Assembly (NCBI GenBank): GCA_965204575.1
Contig: OZ241993.1
Location: forward strand, 96,001-160,000
Direction: 5' to 3'
Length of the DNA stretch: 64,000 nt
From: an uncultured candidatus Porisulfidus sp.
GTDB lineage: Bacteria; Pseudomonadota; Gammaproteobacteria; Poriferisulfidales; Poriferisulfidaceae
Below the pieces are notes generated by a model. The model saw only the letters and a list, made by a program, of their open reading frames with translations. It made no database searches and had not been told where the DNA came from. The position numbers and the translations under genes are program-made. Shown here one piece after another: positions 20,368 through 30,994 of this stretch (position 1 is the stretch's first letter; every line of letters begins with the position of its first letter).

Positions 20368-20535
20368 TTAGGGATTCTCGCGCATCTTGTACCACGCCCA
20401 TCCGGCCAGAGCCATCAGCACCAGCCAGCCCACCGGATAGGTGAGCACACCGGACAGGAACAGCCCGATCGTGGTGCACCATGCCAGCACCAACGCCACG
20501 AATGCGATCCGCCAGTGATTTTTCTGCATCGCCAT
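20368..20535 (-). CDS. small two-TM membrane protein
   Basis: two hydrophobic segments, YPVGW motif. Confidence 0.5.
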   Translation of the reverse strand: MAMQKNHWRIAFVALVLAWCTTIGLFLSGVLTYPVGWLVLMALAGWAWYKMRENP

Positions 20536-20597
20536 ATTCTGCGCTCCCGCCCCGATCATTGCTACAATAGCATGCCGTCTAACCGCAACCTCATGCC

Positions 20598-20801
20598 ATG
20601 AGCACGAAACAGGACAAAATTGAAAAGTTGCTGGAGATGCAACGCCGCTTCATCGCCCTTGACCGTGAAAGGGGCGTCAGCATGGACGAGTATTTTGTGC
20701 CGGACGAAGATTCGGACCTGCACAACTACCGGCAGGACTACATGGAGTGCGCCATGGATGTCGTGAAACTCGCGCACGAAGAAAAAGGTTCCAAGAACTG
20801 A
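20598..20801 (+). CDS. hypothetical 67-aa helical protein
   Basis: clean ORF with typical codon use, MSTKQDKIEKLLEMQRRFI...AHEEKGSKN. Confidence 0.75.
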   Translation: MSTKQDKIEKLLEMQRRFIALDRERGVSMDEYFVPDEDSDLHNYRQDYMECAMDVVKLAHEEKGSKN

Positions 20802-20814
20802 ATCTCCGTAGCCA

Positions 20815-21624
20815 CTACGGCTTCTTCTTTTTCGCCTTGAACTGGTAGGCTGGCGGCGGGCCCGGCGGCAACGGCGGACCTTGATAATCATCCGGCTCGG
20901 AGCCGGGCGGCAATTCCCCCGCCGGGGGCGTCAGATCCTTGTAGTCGAATTCCGACAGCAGGTGGTGGATGCAGTTCAGGCGTGCCAGCTTCTTACTGTT
21001 TCCATCGATCACGGTCCAAGGCGCCCGCTCGGTGTGGCAGTGCGCAAACATCTGGTCTCGTGCACGCGTGTAGTCCGTCCAGCGCGACCGGGCCTCCAGA
21101 TCCATCGAGCTGAGCTTCCAACGTTTGAGCAAATCGTCCCGGCGTGCCTGAAAACGCCGCTCCTGCTCTTCGCGGCTGATCGCGAACCAGTACTTGATCA
21201 GCTTGATCCCGGAGTTGATCAGCATCTCCTCGAATTTCGGGCAACTGATGAAGAATTCCTGCACTTCGGCTTCCGAGCAGAACCCCATCACCGACTCCAC
21301 GCCCGCCCGGTTGTACCAGCTGCGGTCGAACAGCACCATCTCGCCCACTCGGGGCAGGTGCGTAACATAGCGCTGGAAGTACCACTGCCCCCGTTCGCGT
21401 TCGGTCGGCTTCGGCAACGCCACCAGGCGCACGATGCGCGGATTCGTGTATTGCATGATGCGGCGGACCACTCCGCCTTTCCCGGCCGCGTCGCGTCCTT
21501 CGAACAGCACGATCACGCGCAGATTCTGGGATTGAATCCAGTACTGGAGCTTGATCAGTTCGGATTGCAGGCGCAGCAGTTCCCGCTCATAACCCTGTTC
21601 GTCGATCAGCTTCGGTTCAGACAT
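20815..21624 (-). CDS. ppk2: polyphosphate kinase 2
   Basis: FEGRDAAGKGG, FDRSWYNRAGVE, WKLSSMD. Confidence 0.96.
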   Translation of the reverse strand: MSEPKLIDEQGYERELLRLQSELIKLQYWIQSQNLRVIVLFEGRDAAGKGGVVRRIMQYTNPRIVRLVALPKPTERERGQWYFQRYVTHLPRVGEMVLFDRSWYNRAGVESVMGFCSEAEVQEFFISCPKFEEMLINSGIKLIKYWFAISREEQERRFQARRDDLLKRWKLSSMDLEARSRWTDYTRARDQMFAHCHTERAPWTVIDGNSKKLARLNCIHHLLSEFDYKDLTPPAGELPPGSEPDDYQGPPLPPGPPPAYQFKAKKKKP

Positions 21625-22285
21625 CGGCCCACATCCGCAACAGCCGCGAATAAATCCAGTCCAGCCTCTTCAGATCCTCGTCCGCCGGATCCTGTTCCAT
21701 CTTTCGAGATCTCACGGCATCCAGGGCCTGCAGGACTTCACGCTGCTGTTCGTCCCGCACCTGGCTCTGGATCCACAGTACCGCGACCCATCGTTCACCC
21801 GAACCCACTTCATCGACCCGGTGCAGGCGACCCGCGGGATACAGGACCGCATCTCCGGCCGGATATCGCGCAGCCTGTTCGCCACAAGGAGTTTCCACGA
21901 TCAGCGCACCGCCTTCATACTCCGAAGGATCGCTCAGAAATACGGTGACCGCAAGATCCGAGCGGTAACCGCCCTCGCCCATGACGGCGTCATCCGTATG
22001 CCAGCCATAGTGCATCCCGGGCCGGTAACGGGAAAAAATCGGGTGGCTGATCCGCAACGGCAATGCGTAACGCTGCACCAGGGGATGGCGCTGCAGCGCC
22101 TGCGCGACACAGAGTTCCAGAGGCTCGCGCTCGGAGCGGGATGCCTGAAATTCTTCATTCTGCTTGACTTCGCCGGCCAATCGGCCCGCGCTGGCGCGGC
22201 CGTCCGCAAAAGCGCCCTGACGCAGACCCGTGCGGATTTTTTCCAGTTCCTCAGGGGTCAGAACTTCAGGGAGATGGAGCAGCAT
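21617..22285 (-). CDS. PKHD-type Fe(II)/2-oxoglutarate hydroxylase (YbiX/PiuC-like)
   Basis: DGRASAG, YGWHTDD, FLSDPSEYEGG.L, LHRV..V..GER, WIQS.VRD. Confidence 0.9.
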   Translation of the reverse strand: MLLHLPEVLTPEELEKIRTGLRQGAFADGRASAGRLAGEVKQNEEFQASRSEREPLELCVAQALQRHPLVQRYALPLRISHPIFSRYRPGMHYGWHTDDAVMGEGGYRSDLAVTVFLSDPSEYEGGALIVETPCGEQAARYPAGDAVLYPAGRLHRVDEVGSGERWVAVLWIQSQVRDEQQREVLQALDAVRSRKMEQDPADEDLKRLDWIYSRLLRMWADV

Positions 22286-22322
22286 GGCGGGGAAATCCGG
22301 CTTCCCTCATTATAATGAGGCG

Positions 22323-23213
22323 ATGGCACGGATATGCGTCCTGGGGGGAACCGGATTTGTCGGTCAGGCGCTGGTCAGCCGCCTGGTCGCACAAGGCCAT
22401 GAAGTCCGAGTGCTGACCCGGCAGCGCTTTCGCCATCGCTCCCTGCTGGTACTCCCTACACTGGACCTGGTGCAGGCGAACGTTCACAAAGAGCGGTCGC
22501 TGATGCGCCATACCGAAGGCATGGACGTCATCATCAACCTGGTCGGCATCCTCAACGAATCGCGCATGCGCGGACAGTCCTTCAAGAAAACGCATGTCCG
22601 ACTGGCACAGAAACTGGTGTCTGCCTGCCACACGCACAAGATTCCGAGATTGCTGCAGATGAGCGCGCTCGGCGCCAACCGCAATACGCGCAGCCAATAC
22701 CTGCGAAGCAAGGCCGAGGCGGAAGCGGCATTGCTCCAGTTCAGCGGAGTGACCCAGGTCACGTGTTTTCGCCCTTCCCTGATCTTCGGCCCCGGCGACC
22801 ATCTCATTGGCCGTTTTACCGCACTGCTGCGTCTTTCGCCGTATTTCTTCCCCCTCGGCTGCCCCGACACCCGCTTCGCCCCGGTTTATGTCGGCGATGT
22901 CGCCACCCGGATGTGCGATTCCCTGGATGATCGGCAGACCTATTCGCAGTCGATCAGCCTGTGCGGCCCGGACATCTATACCCTGCAGGAACTGGTGGAA
23001 CTGATTGCGAAAACGGCCGGCCTGAAACGCCGGGTCGCTCGTTTGTCTCCAGGCCTGTTCCGGATGCAGGCGCGTATCCTGGGGCACGTGCCCGGCAAAC
23101 CCATCACCATGGACAATTACTACAGCCTGCAGGTCGACAGCGTGTGCCCCGATGCGGACCCCTGCCCCACCCATCTGGAGCCGGTCATGCGGGAGATCCT
23201 TGCGGGAAACTGA
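22323..23213 (+). CDS. NAD-dependent epimerase, complex I NDUFA9-like family
   Basis: GGTGFVG, INLVGIL, MSALGA, YLRSK, RPSLIFG. Confidence 0.88.
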   Translation: MARICVLGGTGFVGQALVSRLVAQGHEVRVLTRQRFRHRSLLVLPTLDLVQANVHKERSLMRHTEGMDVIINLVGILNESRMRGQSFKKTHVRLAQKLVSACHTHKIPRLLQMSALGANRNTRSQYLRSKAEAEAALLQFSGVTQVTCFRPSLIFGPGDHLIGRFTALLRLSPYFFPLGCPDTRFAPVYVGDVATRMCDSLDDRQTYSQSISLCGPDIYTLQELVELIAKTAGLKRRVARLSPGLFRMQARILGHVPGKPITMDNYYSLQVDSVCPDADPCPTHLEPVMREILAGN

Positions 23214-23222
23214 CTTTCTCCG

Positions 23223-23801
23223 CTATCGGAAAACTTTTTTCAACTGCGTCTCCTGCGCACCTTCCCATGCCTGTGGCAAGTCATCGTTGGCTTCCAATGC
23301 TTGGTAAATCTCCCTGATCTTTTCAGAATCAATCATTTTGGCTGCTCGCATCTTGTGCAACAGTTCGTAACCGTGCCACACCGATATCTCAAATTCTTCC
23401 GCCAATTGGTGCATTCCCAAGTCATCCGTCACCACTACCGCCTCCCGGACTTGACCGAAGGCCAGCATTCGACAATCTGTTTTGGAGGGTGGTGAGCGTC
23501 TGTTCTCTATAAACCGGGCTGCATGAATTTGCACATATTCGTGTAAGGCTTCAGTAATGTCGCTCAACTTCTTCTTTTCTTCGGGAGACATTCTCACTCC
23601 TTTGGAAACTCGCTCTTGAGTGAGATTCGGATTATCAAACCATGGGTAATGGAAACGCAATCGGCGACTCTTGTGAACTTCTCTTTCTACATCCCTTAGT
23701 ACGGTTAGACAATATTGCTTATGCCCGAACTTAACTCCCAACATCGGTTTGATGCGCTTCGCCAGACGGAGATATGCATTGGTATCAAGCAAAACCAGCA
23801 T
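23223..23801 (-). CDS. PIN-domain-like protein (putative toxin/nuclease)
   Basis: LLDTNAY, E..., PSKTD, VVTDD acidic PIN motif; lower GC; overlaps the upstream gene. Confidence 0.7.
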   Translation of the reverse strand: MLVLLDTNAYLRLAKRIKPMLGVKFGHKQYCLTVLRDVEREVHKSRRLRFHYPWFDNPNLTQERVSKGVRMSPEEKKKLSDITEALHEYVQIHAARFIENRRSPPSKTDCRMLAFGQVREAVVVTDDLGMHQLAEEFEISVWHGYELLHKMRAAKMIDSEKIREIYQALEANDDLPQAWEGAQETQLKKVFR

Positions 23802-24921
23802 TCGCGATCAATCCTTCATGAAGCGCCCTCGCATCATGGACGGAACTATCGATTACCTGCTGGATATATGCATATCCCGTACCATGCTCTTGAATCATGC
23901 GCTTTAAACCCTTGAAGAAATCTGATCGGAAAACATCTTCACAAAGCTTGACATATTCCTCCGGACCGGGTGTCCCGGATCCGAAAAGGAGGCGGCTAAC
24001 CAATTCTCCGGAATCCCGGTTTCGCAAGGCATGGATATCTTTCTCTTTGATCGGAATTCCAGACTGTTTCTCTAGTTCAGCATAGATTTGGACTTGTTTG
24101 AAAACCGTGTACGGAGAAATATCGTGTTGTTTGGCATGACTCTGCAGAACACGCAACTTGCCGCGATCGTGAGCCTGCATTGTCTCCGCATATACCGTCT
24201 CAGCGCAAACCCTGGGAAACAGCAAGGCTCCCGCAAAAGCATCAGCAAAATCTTCCCCTTGCTCAGTTCCAGCCCACTGTGGCGTGTAAATATGCGCAAG
24301 TTCATGCGCCATCCAGAATCCGAAATCCTCAATTCGAGTATCCAGATTCAGGAAGACAAATGTCACATTTTCTTTAGGCAGCCCGATGTGCAGCGCATTT
24401 TCATGCCTTTTCTTCTCTCCCCAAAGCACTGGCACCAGTATGGTCCCTGACCTTTTGAACTCTTTTATCAAGTCCTCATAGCGCAAAGGCTTCTGTTGGC
24501 CGACACCCAATCGCTTGCGAGCCTCTGTCGCATATGCTTGTACTTTCACAGGGTCGGTTGAGGGCGATGCGATCTGCGTGCGCAACTCTGGCACCGCTTT
24601 CAAATACGGAACTAGCGGCCTCAGAAGCCTACCGATGCCAACAGCTTTGCGGATGTGTGCCTCGACTGTCTTGGCGCCCCCTTTCCTGCGAAAGGCTATC
24701 ACCGGCTCTATTTCTTCTTCATCGACAACGAGTTTCTCATACCGCAACCCCAGGACTGCAACCAGTTTAAGAATGACGGCAGGACGCGGAAAATTTTCAC
24801 CTCGAAGCCAGTGAGTCACCGCCTGGCTGGTCACGCCGACCTCTTCGGCCAGGCGTGCTTGAGTCCACCCCCGCTCCCGAAGGGATTCTTTTATAATTTG
24901 AGAATTGATGGCCTGCCCCAT
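23785..24921 (-). CDS. XRE HTH + ImmA/IrrE (M78) metallopeptidase fusion
   Basis: N-terminal HTH (TQARLAEEVGVTSQAVTHW), MAHELAH HExxH, EDFADAFAGALL. Confidence 0.85.
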   Translation of the reverse strand: MGQAINSQIIKESLRERGWTQARLAEEVGVTSQAVTHWLRGENFPRPAVILKLVAVLGLRYEKLVVDEEEIEPVIAFRRKGGAKTVEAHIRKAVGIGRLLRPLVPYLKAVPELRTQIASPSTDPVKVQAYATEARKRLGVGQQKPLRYEDLIKEFKRSGTILVPVLWGEKKRHENALHIGLPKENVTFVFLNLDTRIEDFGFWMAHELAHIYTPQWAGTEQGEDFADAFAGALLFPRVCAETVYAETMQAHDRGKLRVLQSHAKQHDISPYTVFKQVQIYAELEKQSGIPIKEKDIHALRNRDSGELVSRLLFGSGTPGPEEYVKLCEDVFRSDFFKGLKRMIQEHGTGYAYIQQVIDSSVHDARALHEGLIANAGFA

Positions 24922-25010
24922 GCCGATTTTTAATGTATCTTAAGCCGCCAAAAAAATCAAGTTTTGCAGCTGATAATGGCTGTGGGAATCTATAAAAAAT
25001 ATTATTTCTA

Positions 25011-25448
25011 TCAAATAGTTAGTGAGAAAGTAACCGGGCCGTCGTTGATCAGGTGAACCTGCATGTCGGCTCCGAATTCCCCGGTTTCCACCGAGCCATG
25101 CCGTTCCCGGCATTCTGCGCACAGTTTTTCAAAAAGCATGCGTCCGGTCTCCGGCGGCGCGGCAGAACTGAAACTTGCGCGCATTCCCCGGTCGGTCTCG
25201 GCTGCAAGGGTGAATTGCGGCACCAGCAGCAGCGCGCCGTCCGTATCCACCAAGGAACGGTTCATTCTCCCTTCTTCATCAGCGAACAAGCGATAGCCCA
25301 GGATTCGCTCCGCCATGCGCTCGATCCGTGCCGGCGCATCATCCTTGTGGAAACCGACCAAAGCCAGGATTCCGGGGCCAATGGCCGCCACGGTGCGCCC
25401 ATCGATATCGACGCGGGCTTCAATTGCACGTTGGAGCAGAGCGATCAT
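25011..25448 (-). CDS. dtd: D-aminoacyl-tRNA deacylase
   Basis: LLQR, VPQFTL, FGADMQV.L.NDGPVT. Confidence 0.95.
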   Translation of the reverse strand: MIALLQRAIEARVDIDGRTVAAIGPGILALVGFHKDDAPARIERMAERILGYRLFADEEGRMNRSLVDTDGALLLVPQFTLAAETDRGMRASFSSAAPPETGRMLFEKLCAECRERHGSVETGEFGADMQVHLINDGPVTFSLTI

Positions 25449-25498
25449 GGTAGCTAATTTGGTCGAGTCATGGCGAAAGCACTATAATCCAATTCTAC

Positions 25499-25574
<76 letters not shown>

Positions 25575-25658
25575 ATTCGTTGTTTTTTGATAATTTCAAA
25601 CCCGCATCGAACATAGTAAAATGACCGGGCCAGCAGTGGCTCCACCCCGTTCCCTCCC

Positions 25659-26249
25659 ATGAGCGCCCGCACCGCCTGTATCCAGCGCGATACCCGTGAA
25701 ACCCAGATCGAGGTCGAAGTTGACCTCGACGGCAAGGGTTGCGCGGAACTCGAGACCGGCCTGCCCTTTCTGGAGCACATGCTGGACCAGGTCGCACGGC
25801 ACGGCATGCTGGACCTCCGCGTGAAGGCCACAGGAGACCTTTCCGTCGACGCGCATCACACCGTCGAAGACATCGGCATCGTTCTGGGCCAGGCCATACG
25901 CCAGGCGCTGGGCGACAAAAAGGCGATCCGCCGCTATGGCCACGCCTACGTCCCGCTGGACGAGGCACTATCGCGGGTCGTCATCGACTTCTCCGGCCGC
26001 CCCGGCCTGGATTACCAGGTCGAGTACCCGCGCGCCCGGATACAGGATTTCGACGTTGACCTGGTGAATGAATTTTTCCAGGGCTTTGTCAACCACGCCA
26101 TGGCCACGTTGCACATCGACGGCTTGCGCGGAAACAATGCCCACCATATCGCCGAGACGGTGTTCAAGGCTTTCGGCCGTGCCGTTCGCATGGCCGTGGA
26201 GCAGGATCCGCGGGAGACCGGCACCCCTTCAACTAAAGGCGTTCTATAG
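25659..26249 (+). CDS. hisB: imidazoleglycerol-phosphate dehydratase
   Basis: [26 protein letters not shown]. Confidence 0.97.
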   Translation: MSARTACIQRDTRETQIEVEVDLDGKGCAELETGLPFLEHMLDQVARHGMLDLRVKATGDLSVDAHHTVEDIGIVLGQAIRQALGDKKAIRRYGHAYVPLDEALSRVVIDFSGRPGLDYQVEYPRARIQDFDVDLVNEFFQGFVNHAMATLHIDGLRGNNAHHIAETVFKAFGRAVRMAVEQDPRETGTPSTKGVL

Positions 26250-26271
26250 CTCCATTCCATTCTGCTTCGCG

Positions 26272-26910
26272 ATGCAGACCGTCGCCATTGTTGACTTCAG
26301 TTTCGGCAACCTGCGTTCCGTGCACAATGCCTTGCGCAGCCTGGCGGAGCCTGGGACCGACATTCGGATTGCAACCGAGCCTGCGGACATAGAACAGGCA
26401 GACCGGATCGTATTTCCGGGCCAAGGTGCGGCACGCCACTGCATGCTCGCTCTGCGCCAGAAAAGCCTGGCCGACGCGGTCCTCGATGCAGCCCGAAGCC
26501 GGCCCTTCCTCGGAATCTGCATGGGCATGCAGGTCCTGATGGAATACAGCGAAGAGAACGACGGGGTCGATTGCCTGGGGCTATTCTCCGGGAAAGTCCG
26601 GGCTTTCGCACCGCATGTCGAGCGCGGCAGCGGATTCAAGATCCCGCACATGGGCTGGAGCCGCATTGAACAGACAGCTCATCCATTGTGGGAGAATATC
26701 CCGGATCAAAGTCGTTTTTATTTCGTGCACAGTTACTACACGGCTCCTCGTGACGAGGAGGCCATCGCCGGACGCACCGATTACGTCCTGCCTTTCGCTT
26801 CGGTCATTGCGAAGGATCAGGTATTCGCCATGCAGAGCCACCCCGAGAAGAGCGGAGAGCACGGCTTGACGCTATTGCGGAATTTCCTGAACTGGGACGG
26901 ACAGTGTTGA
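26272..26910 (+). CDS. hisH: imidazole glycerol phosphate synthase, amidotransferase subunit
   Basis: GNLRSV, PGQG, GICMGMQ, PHMGW, YFVHSY, HPEKS. Confidence 0.95.
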   Translation: MQTVAIVDFSFGNLRSVHNALRSLAEPGTDIRIATEPADIEQADRIVFPGQGAARHCMLALRQKSLADAVLDAARSRPFLGICMGMQVLMEYSEENDGVDCLGLFSGKVRAFAPHVERGSGFKIPHMGWSRIEQTAHPLWENIPDQSRFYFVHSYYTAPRDEEAIAGRTDYVLPFASVIAKDQVFAMQSHPEKSGEHGLTLLRNFLNWDGQC

Positions 26911-26929
26911 GCCGGGAGCCTGCCCTATC

Positions 26930-27658
26930 ATGCTGATTATTCCTGCCATCGACATCAAGGACGGGCGGTGCGTGCGCCTGCGCCAGGGCCGGATGGACGA
27001 CGAAACCGTTTTTTCGGATGATCCGGTCAGCGTGGCCCAGCGCTGGATCGACCAAGGCGCGCAACGACTGCACATCGTGGATCTGGATGGCGCCCGCACG
27101 GGCAAGCCGGCCAACCTTTTGATCATCGAGCAGATCACGCAAAATCACCCGAAAATTCCAATCCAGGTCGGCGGCGGTATCCGAAGCGAGGAAACCATCC
27201 AGACCTACCTGGACGTCGGGGTGCGCTACACCGTCATCGGCACCCGCGCCGTGCGCGAGCCGCACTTCGTGGAGGAACTGTGTCTGGAATTCCCCGGCCA
27301 CATCATCGTCGGCCTGGATGCCAAGGACGGCAAGGTGGCGACCGACGGGTGGTCCAAGCTGTCCCACCACGACGCCATCGACCTGGCCCAACACTTTGTC
27401 CAGGAAGGGGTCGCCTCCATCATCTTTACCGACATCAGCCGCGACGGCATGATGCAGGGCGTCAACGTGGACTCGACGGTCGAGTTGGCTCAGGCATTGC
27501 CCATCCCCATCATCGCCTCCGGCGGCGTCAGTACGCTGGAAGACATCAAGGCCCTTCAAGCCGTTGCCGACGAAGGCATCAGCGGCGCCATCATCGGGCG
27601 AGCCCTGTACGAAGGCAGTATCGACCTCCAGCAGGCCCTGGCGCTGACTTCTGACTGA
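26930..27658 (+). CDS. hisA: ProFAR isomerase
   Basis: [31 protein letters not shown]. Confidence 0.97.
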   Translation: MLIIPAIDIKDGRCVRLRQGRMDDETVFSDDPVSVAQRWIDQGAQRLHIVDLDGARTGKPANLLIIEQITQNHPKIPIQVGGGIRSEETIQTYLDVGVRYTVIGTRAVREPHFVEELCLEFPGHIIVGLDAKDGKVATDGWSKLSHHDAIDLAQHFVQEGVASIIFTDISRDGMMQGVNVDSTVELAQALPIPIIASGGVSTLEDIKALQAVADEGISGAIIGRALYEGSIDLQQALALTSD

Positions 27659-28431
27659 TGGGCCTCGCCAAACGCATCATCCCGTGCCTGGATGTTGACG
27701 GGGGCCGGGTTGTCAAAGGCGTGAAGTTCGTTGATATCCGGGATGCCGGGGACCCGGTCGAAATCGCCCATCGTTACGATCAGGAGGGCGCGGACGAAAT
27801 CACGTTCCTGGACATCACGGCAAGCCACCACGACCGCGACACCACGGTCCACATGGTAGAAGCCGTGGCGGAGCAGGTCTTCATTCCCTTGACTGTCGGC
27901 GGAGGCATCCGGACCGTCGAGAACATCCGGACCCTGCTGTGTGCCGGTGCCGACAAGGTCGGCATCAACACGGCCGCCGTCACCAATCCGGAATTCGTAC
28001 GGAAAGCCAGTGACACGGTCGGCAACCAGTGCATCGTCGTCGCCATCGACGCCAAGCGGGTCAGTGCGCCAGACGAACCGCCGCGCTGGGACATCTTCAC
28101 CCACGGCGGGCGCAAGGACACGGATATCGACGCTCTAGAATGGGCACAAAAGATGGAAGCCTACGGAGCCGGCGAAATTCTCCTCACCAGCATGGACCGG
28201 GACGGGACCCGCGAGGGGTTCGATCTGGAACTGACCCGGGCCATGAGCGATGCGGTCGGCATCCCCGTCATCGCATCGGGCGGAGTCGGGAACCTGCAGC
28301 ACCTGGTGGACGGCGTGACCGAAGGCGGGGCCGACGCGGTGCTCGCGGCCAGCATCTTTCACTTCCAGGAGTACACGATTGGCGAAGCCAAGCAGTACAT
28401 GCAGCAGAATGGGATCGAGGTCCGCTTATAA
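27658..28431 (+). CDS. hisF: imidazole glycerol phosphate synthase, cyclase subunit
   Basis: [29 protein letters not shown]. Confidence 0.97.
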   Translation: MGLAKRIIPCLDVDGGRVVKGVKFVDIRDAGDPVEIAHRYDQEGADEITFLDITASHHDRDTTVHMVEAVAEQVFIPLTVGGGIRTVENIRTLLCAGADKVGINTAAVTNPEFVRKASDTVGNQCIVVAIDAKRVSAPDEPPRWDIFTHGGRKDTDIDALEWAQKMEAYGAGEILLTSMDRDGTREGFDLELTRAMSDAVGIPVIASGGVGNLQHLVDGVTEGGADAVLAASIFHFQEYTIGEAKQYMQQNGIEVRL

Positions 28432-28435
28432 CCCC

Positions 28436-28759
28436 ATGGACGAGAACACGCGCATCCTTGAACAACTGATGGACGTACTCCGGCAGCGCCGGGACGCCGA
28501 TCCGGACCGTTCCTACGTCGCCTCGCTGTACCGCGACGGGATTCCCGCCATTACGGCCAAGATTGCCGAAGAAGCGGCCGAAACGGTGGAAGCGGCAGAG
28601 GACGATCCCGAGCACCTGGTGCACGAAGTCGCGGACCTGTGGTTCCACAGCCTGGTTCTTCTGGCACTGCGCGATCTCGATGCCCGCGACGTCCTTGAAG
28701 AGTTGCGGCGCCGATTCGGGACTTCGGGACTGGAAGAAAAAGCTAACCGAAAATCATGA
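28436..28759 (+). CDS. hisE: phosphoribosyl-ATP pyrophosphatase
   Basis: SYVASL, KIAEEAAE, EVADLWFH, RFGTSGLEEK. Confidence 0.93.
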   Translation: MDENTRILEQLMDVLRQRRDADPDRSYVASLYRDGIPAITAKIAEEAAETVEAAEDDPEHLVHEVADLWFHSLVLLALRDLDARDVLEELRRRFGTSGLEEKANRKS

Positions 28760-29691
28760 CGCCATCCGCACTGCGGAATCTGGCCGGCGGCCTCGCCGTC
28801 CTGGTTCTGGGATTGGCCGGCACGATGCCGCCAGCAACCGCATCCGCCGCCCAGGACGATATTCCCCGCATTGCCGTCGTGTCCGCCTACACGCCGGAAA
28901 TGGTAGTTCTGAAAGGCGAACTTGAGAACGCCGCCGTACACTCGCTGAACGGCGTTGATTTCTCTACCGGCCAGTTGCAAGGGCATGAAGTCGTACTGTT
29001 TCTGAGCGGCATCAGTATCGTCAATGCGGCGATGACCGTGCAACTCGCCTTGGATTACTTCAATATCAAGCAGATCGTGTTCTCCGGCATTGCCGGCGGG
29101 GTCGATCCGGAACTGAACCTCGGCGATGTCGTGATTGCCGACCGTTGGGGGCAATACCTGGAATCGCTTTACGCCCGAAAAACCGAGGATGGCTGGGACA
29201 AGCCGGGATTTTTCGAATACCCGTATTCGAACTTCGGCATGATGTTCCCGAGATCCGTCACCGTGCAGCGAGCCGGAGCCGACGCACCGGAGACCCGGTT
29301 CTGGTTCGAGGTCGATGAATCCCTGCTCGCTTACGCCCGCCAAGCGGTTGCAGACGTGTCACTCAAACACTGCACGGTGGAAAATACCTGCCTGGAGCAG
29401 GCGCCGAAAATCGTCATCGGCGGATCCGGGGTGTCGGGCGGTGCTTTCATCGACAACGCGGAATTTCGCGATTACACCTTCAAGACCTTCGACGCACGCG
29501 TCCTGGACATGGAAAGTGCGGCCGTCGCCCATGTCGCTTACGCGAACGATGTCCCGTTCATCGCCATCCGAAGCCTGTCCGACCTGGCGGGCGGCGGCAA
29601 AGGCAAGAACGAGGCAGACATCTTCTACGCCCTCGCGGCGGACAATGCGGCCGAAGTCGTCAAGGCGCTGCTGCGAGCCATCCCCGAATAG
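28756..29691 (+). CDS. 5'-methylthioadenosine/S-adenosylhomocysteine nucleosidase-like protein with signal peptide
   Basis: SAYTPE, SGISIVNAA, FSGIAGG, DMESAA, IRSLSDLAGG; N-terminal signal peptide ending ASA. Confidence 0.85.
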   Translation: MTPSALRNLAGGLAVLVLGLAGTMPPATASAAQDDIPRIAVVSAYTPEMVVLKGELENAAVHSLNGVDFSTGQLQGHEVVLFLSGISIVNAAMTVQLALDYFNIKQIVFSGIAGGVDPELNLGDVVIADRWGQYLESLYARKTEDGWDKPGFFEYPYSNFGMMFPRSVTVQRAGADAPETRFWFEVDESLLAYARQAVADVSLKHCTVENTCLEQAPKIVIGGSGVSGGAFIDNAEFRDYTFKTFDARVLDMESAAVAHVAYANDVPFIAIRSLSDLAGGGKGKNEADIFYALAADNAAEVVKALLRAIPE

Positions 29692-29799
29692 CCGAACGAT
29701 CGGCCGGACGCGTTTGTCCGGCGATTTCGACCGCGGAGCCTGCGATAATAGGCGTGAAGCGATCTGGGTCGCTGATTCCGTAATTCCGGGCCCTCGGCC

Positions 29800-30153
29800 A
29801 TGTTTGATTTTGGATTCTGGGAACTGATTCTGATCATGATCGTCGGCTTGGTCGTGATCGGGCCGAAGCGCCTGCCGAAGGTCGCTGCCCAAGTCGGCGG
29901 ATGGGTGGGACACATGCGCCACCTGGTCCACCAGTTCCGCCAAAGCGTCCAACAGGAGCTGCAGGCCGAAGAACTCAAGGAAATCCTGCACCAGCAGCAA
30001 AACGAGATTCAAGAACTGCGCGACATCGTCCAAGATCAGGTCGATCCCGATGCCCCCCTTGTCGAAGCCATAGAAAAGCAACTTGAAGAACGCCCGGACG
30101 CCGAACCGGACGCTCCCGCTGGCGAACCCACCCAAAAACGTGAACAGAGTTGA
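29800..30153 (+). CDS. tatB: Tat translocase subunit
   Basis: MFDFGFWEL...GPKRLP. Confidence 0.92.
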   Translation: MFDFGFWELILIMIVGLVVIGPKRLPKVAAQVGGWVGHMRHLVHQFRQSVQQELQAEELKEILHQQQNEIQELRDIVQDQVDPDAPLVEAIEKQLEERPDAEPDAPAGEPTQKREQS

Positions 30154-30994
30154 CCCGGAACGCCCGTTCCTCAGTCACTTGGTCGAGTTACGCGACCGGC
30201 TGTTGCGTGTTCTTATCGTCGTCGGCATCGTCCTGGTCGCGCTTCTGCCGTTCGCCAATACGCTGTACACCTTACTGGCTACTCCCCTGTTGAACAGCCT
30301 TCCGGAAGGTCACTCGATGGTCGCCATCGACGTGGCTTCGCCTTTTCTGGCCCCGTTCAAGCTGACCCTGCTCCTGGCACTGACGATCACAGTGCCGTAT
30401 ACCCTGTACCAGGCTTGGTCTTTCGCTGCACCGGGTCTGTACGGGCACGAAAAACGCCTGGCCGGGCCGGTACTCCTGTCCAGCGTAGTCCTGTTCTATC
30501 TCGGCATGGTATTCGCCTACTTCGTGGTGTTTCCGCTGGTATTCGGGTTCTTCGTCAGTACGGCACCGGAAGGTGTGGCGGTCATGACCGACATCAACCG
30601 TTTTCTGGACTTCGTGGTGAAGATCTTCCTGGCTTTCGGAGTGGCATTCGAGGTTCCAATCGTCACGGTCGCCATGGTCTCTATGGGAGTTACGACGCCT
30701 GCCCGTCTGCGCGAAATCCGTCCTTACGTGATCGTGGCTGCGTTCATCGTCGGCATGCTGCTGACACCGCCGGATGTTATTTCCCAGACCCTGCTCGCCG
30801 TTCCGGTCTGGCTGCTGTACGAGATCGGCATTCTTTTCTCCAAGATGGTGACCCCGAAACAGGACGAGGCAGAGGAAACGAAAGAAACCCGGTTCCGCCC
30901 CATGAGCGAAGAGGAGATGGACGCCGAACTCGACGCGATGGAGTCCACAGAAACCCCGGAGCCGGCTTCTCCCGACAAGAAGACCGATGAGTGA
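30140..30994 (+). CDS. tatC: Tat translocase subunit
   Basis: HLVELRDRL, APGLY, FEVP, TPPDVISQ. Confidence 0.96.
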   Translation: MNRVDPERPFLSHLVELRDRLLRVLIVVGIVLVALLPFANTLYTLLATPLLNSLPEGHSMVAIDVASPFLAPFKLTLLLALTITVPYTLYQAWSFAAPGLYGHEKRLAGPVLLSSVVLFYLGMVFAYFVVFPLVFGFFVSTAPEGVAVMTDINRFLDFVVKIFLAFGVAFEVPIVTVAMVSMGVTTPARLREIRPYVIVAAFIVGMLLTPPDVISQTLLAVPVWLLYEIGILFSKMVTPKQDEAEETKETRFRPMSEEEMDAELDAMESTETPEPASPDKKTDE

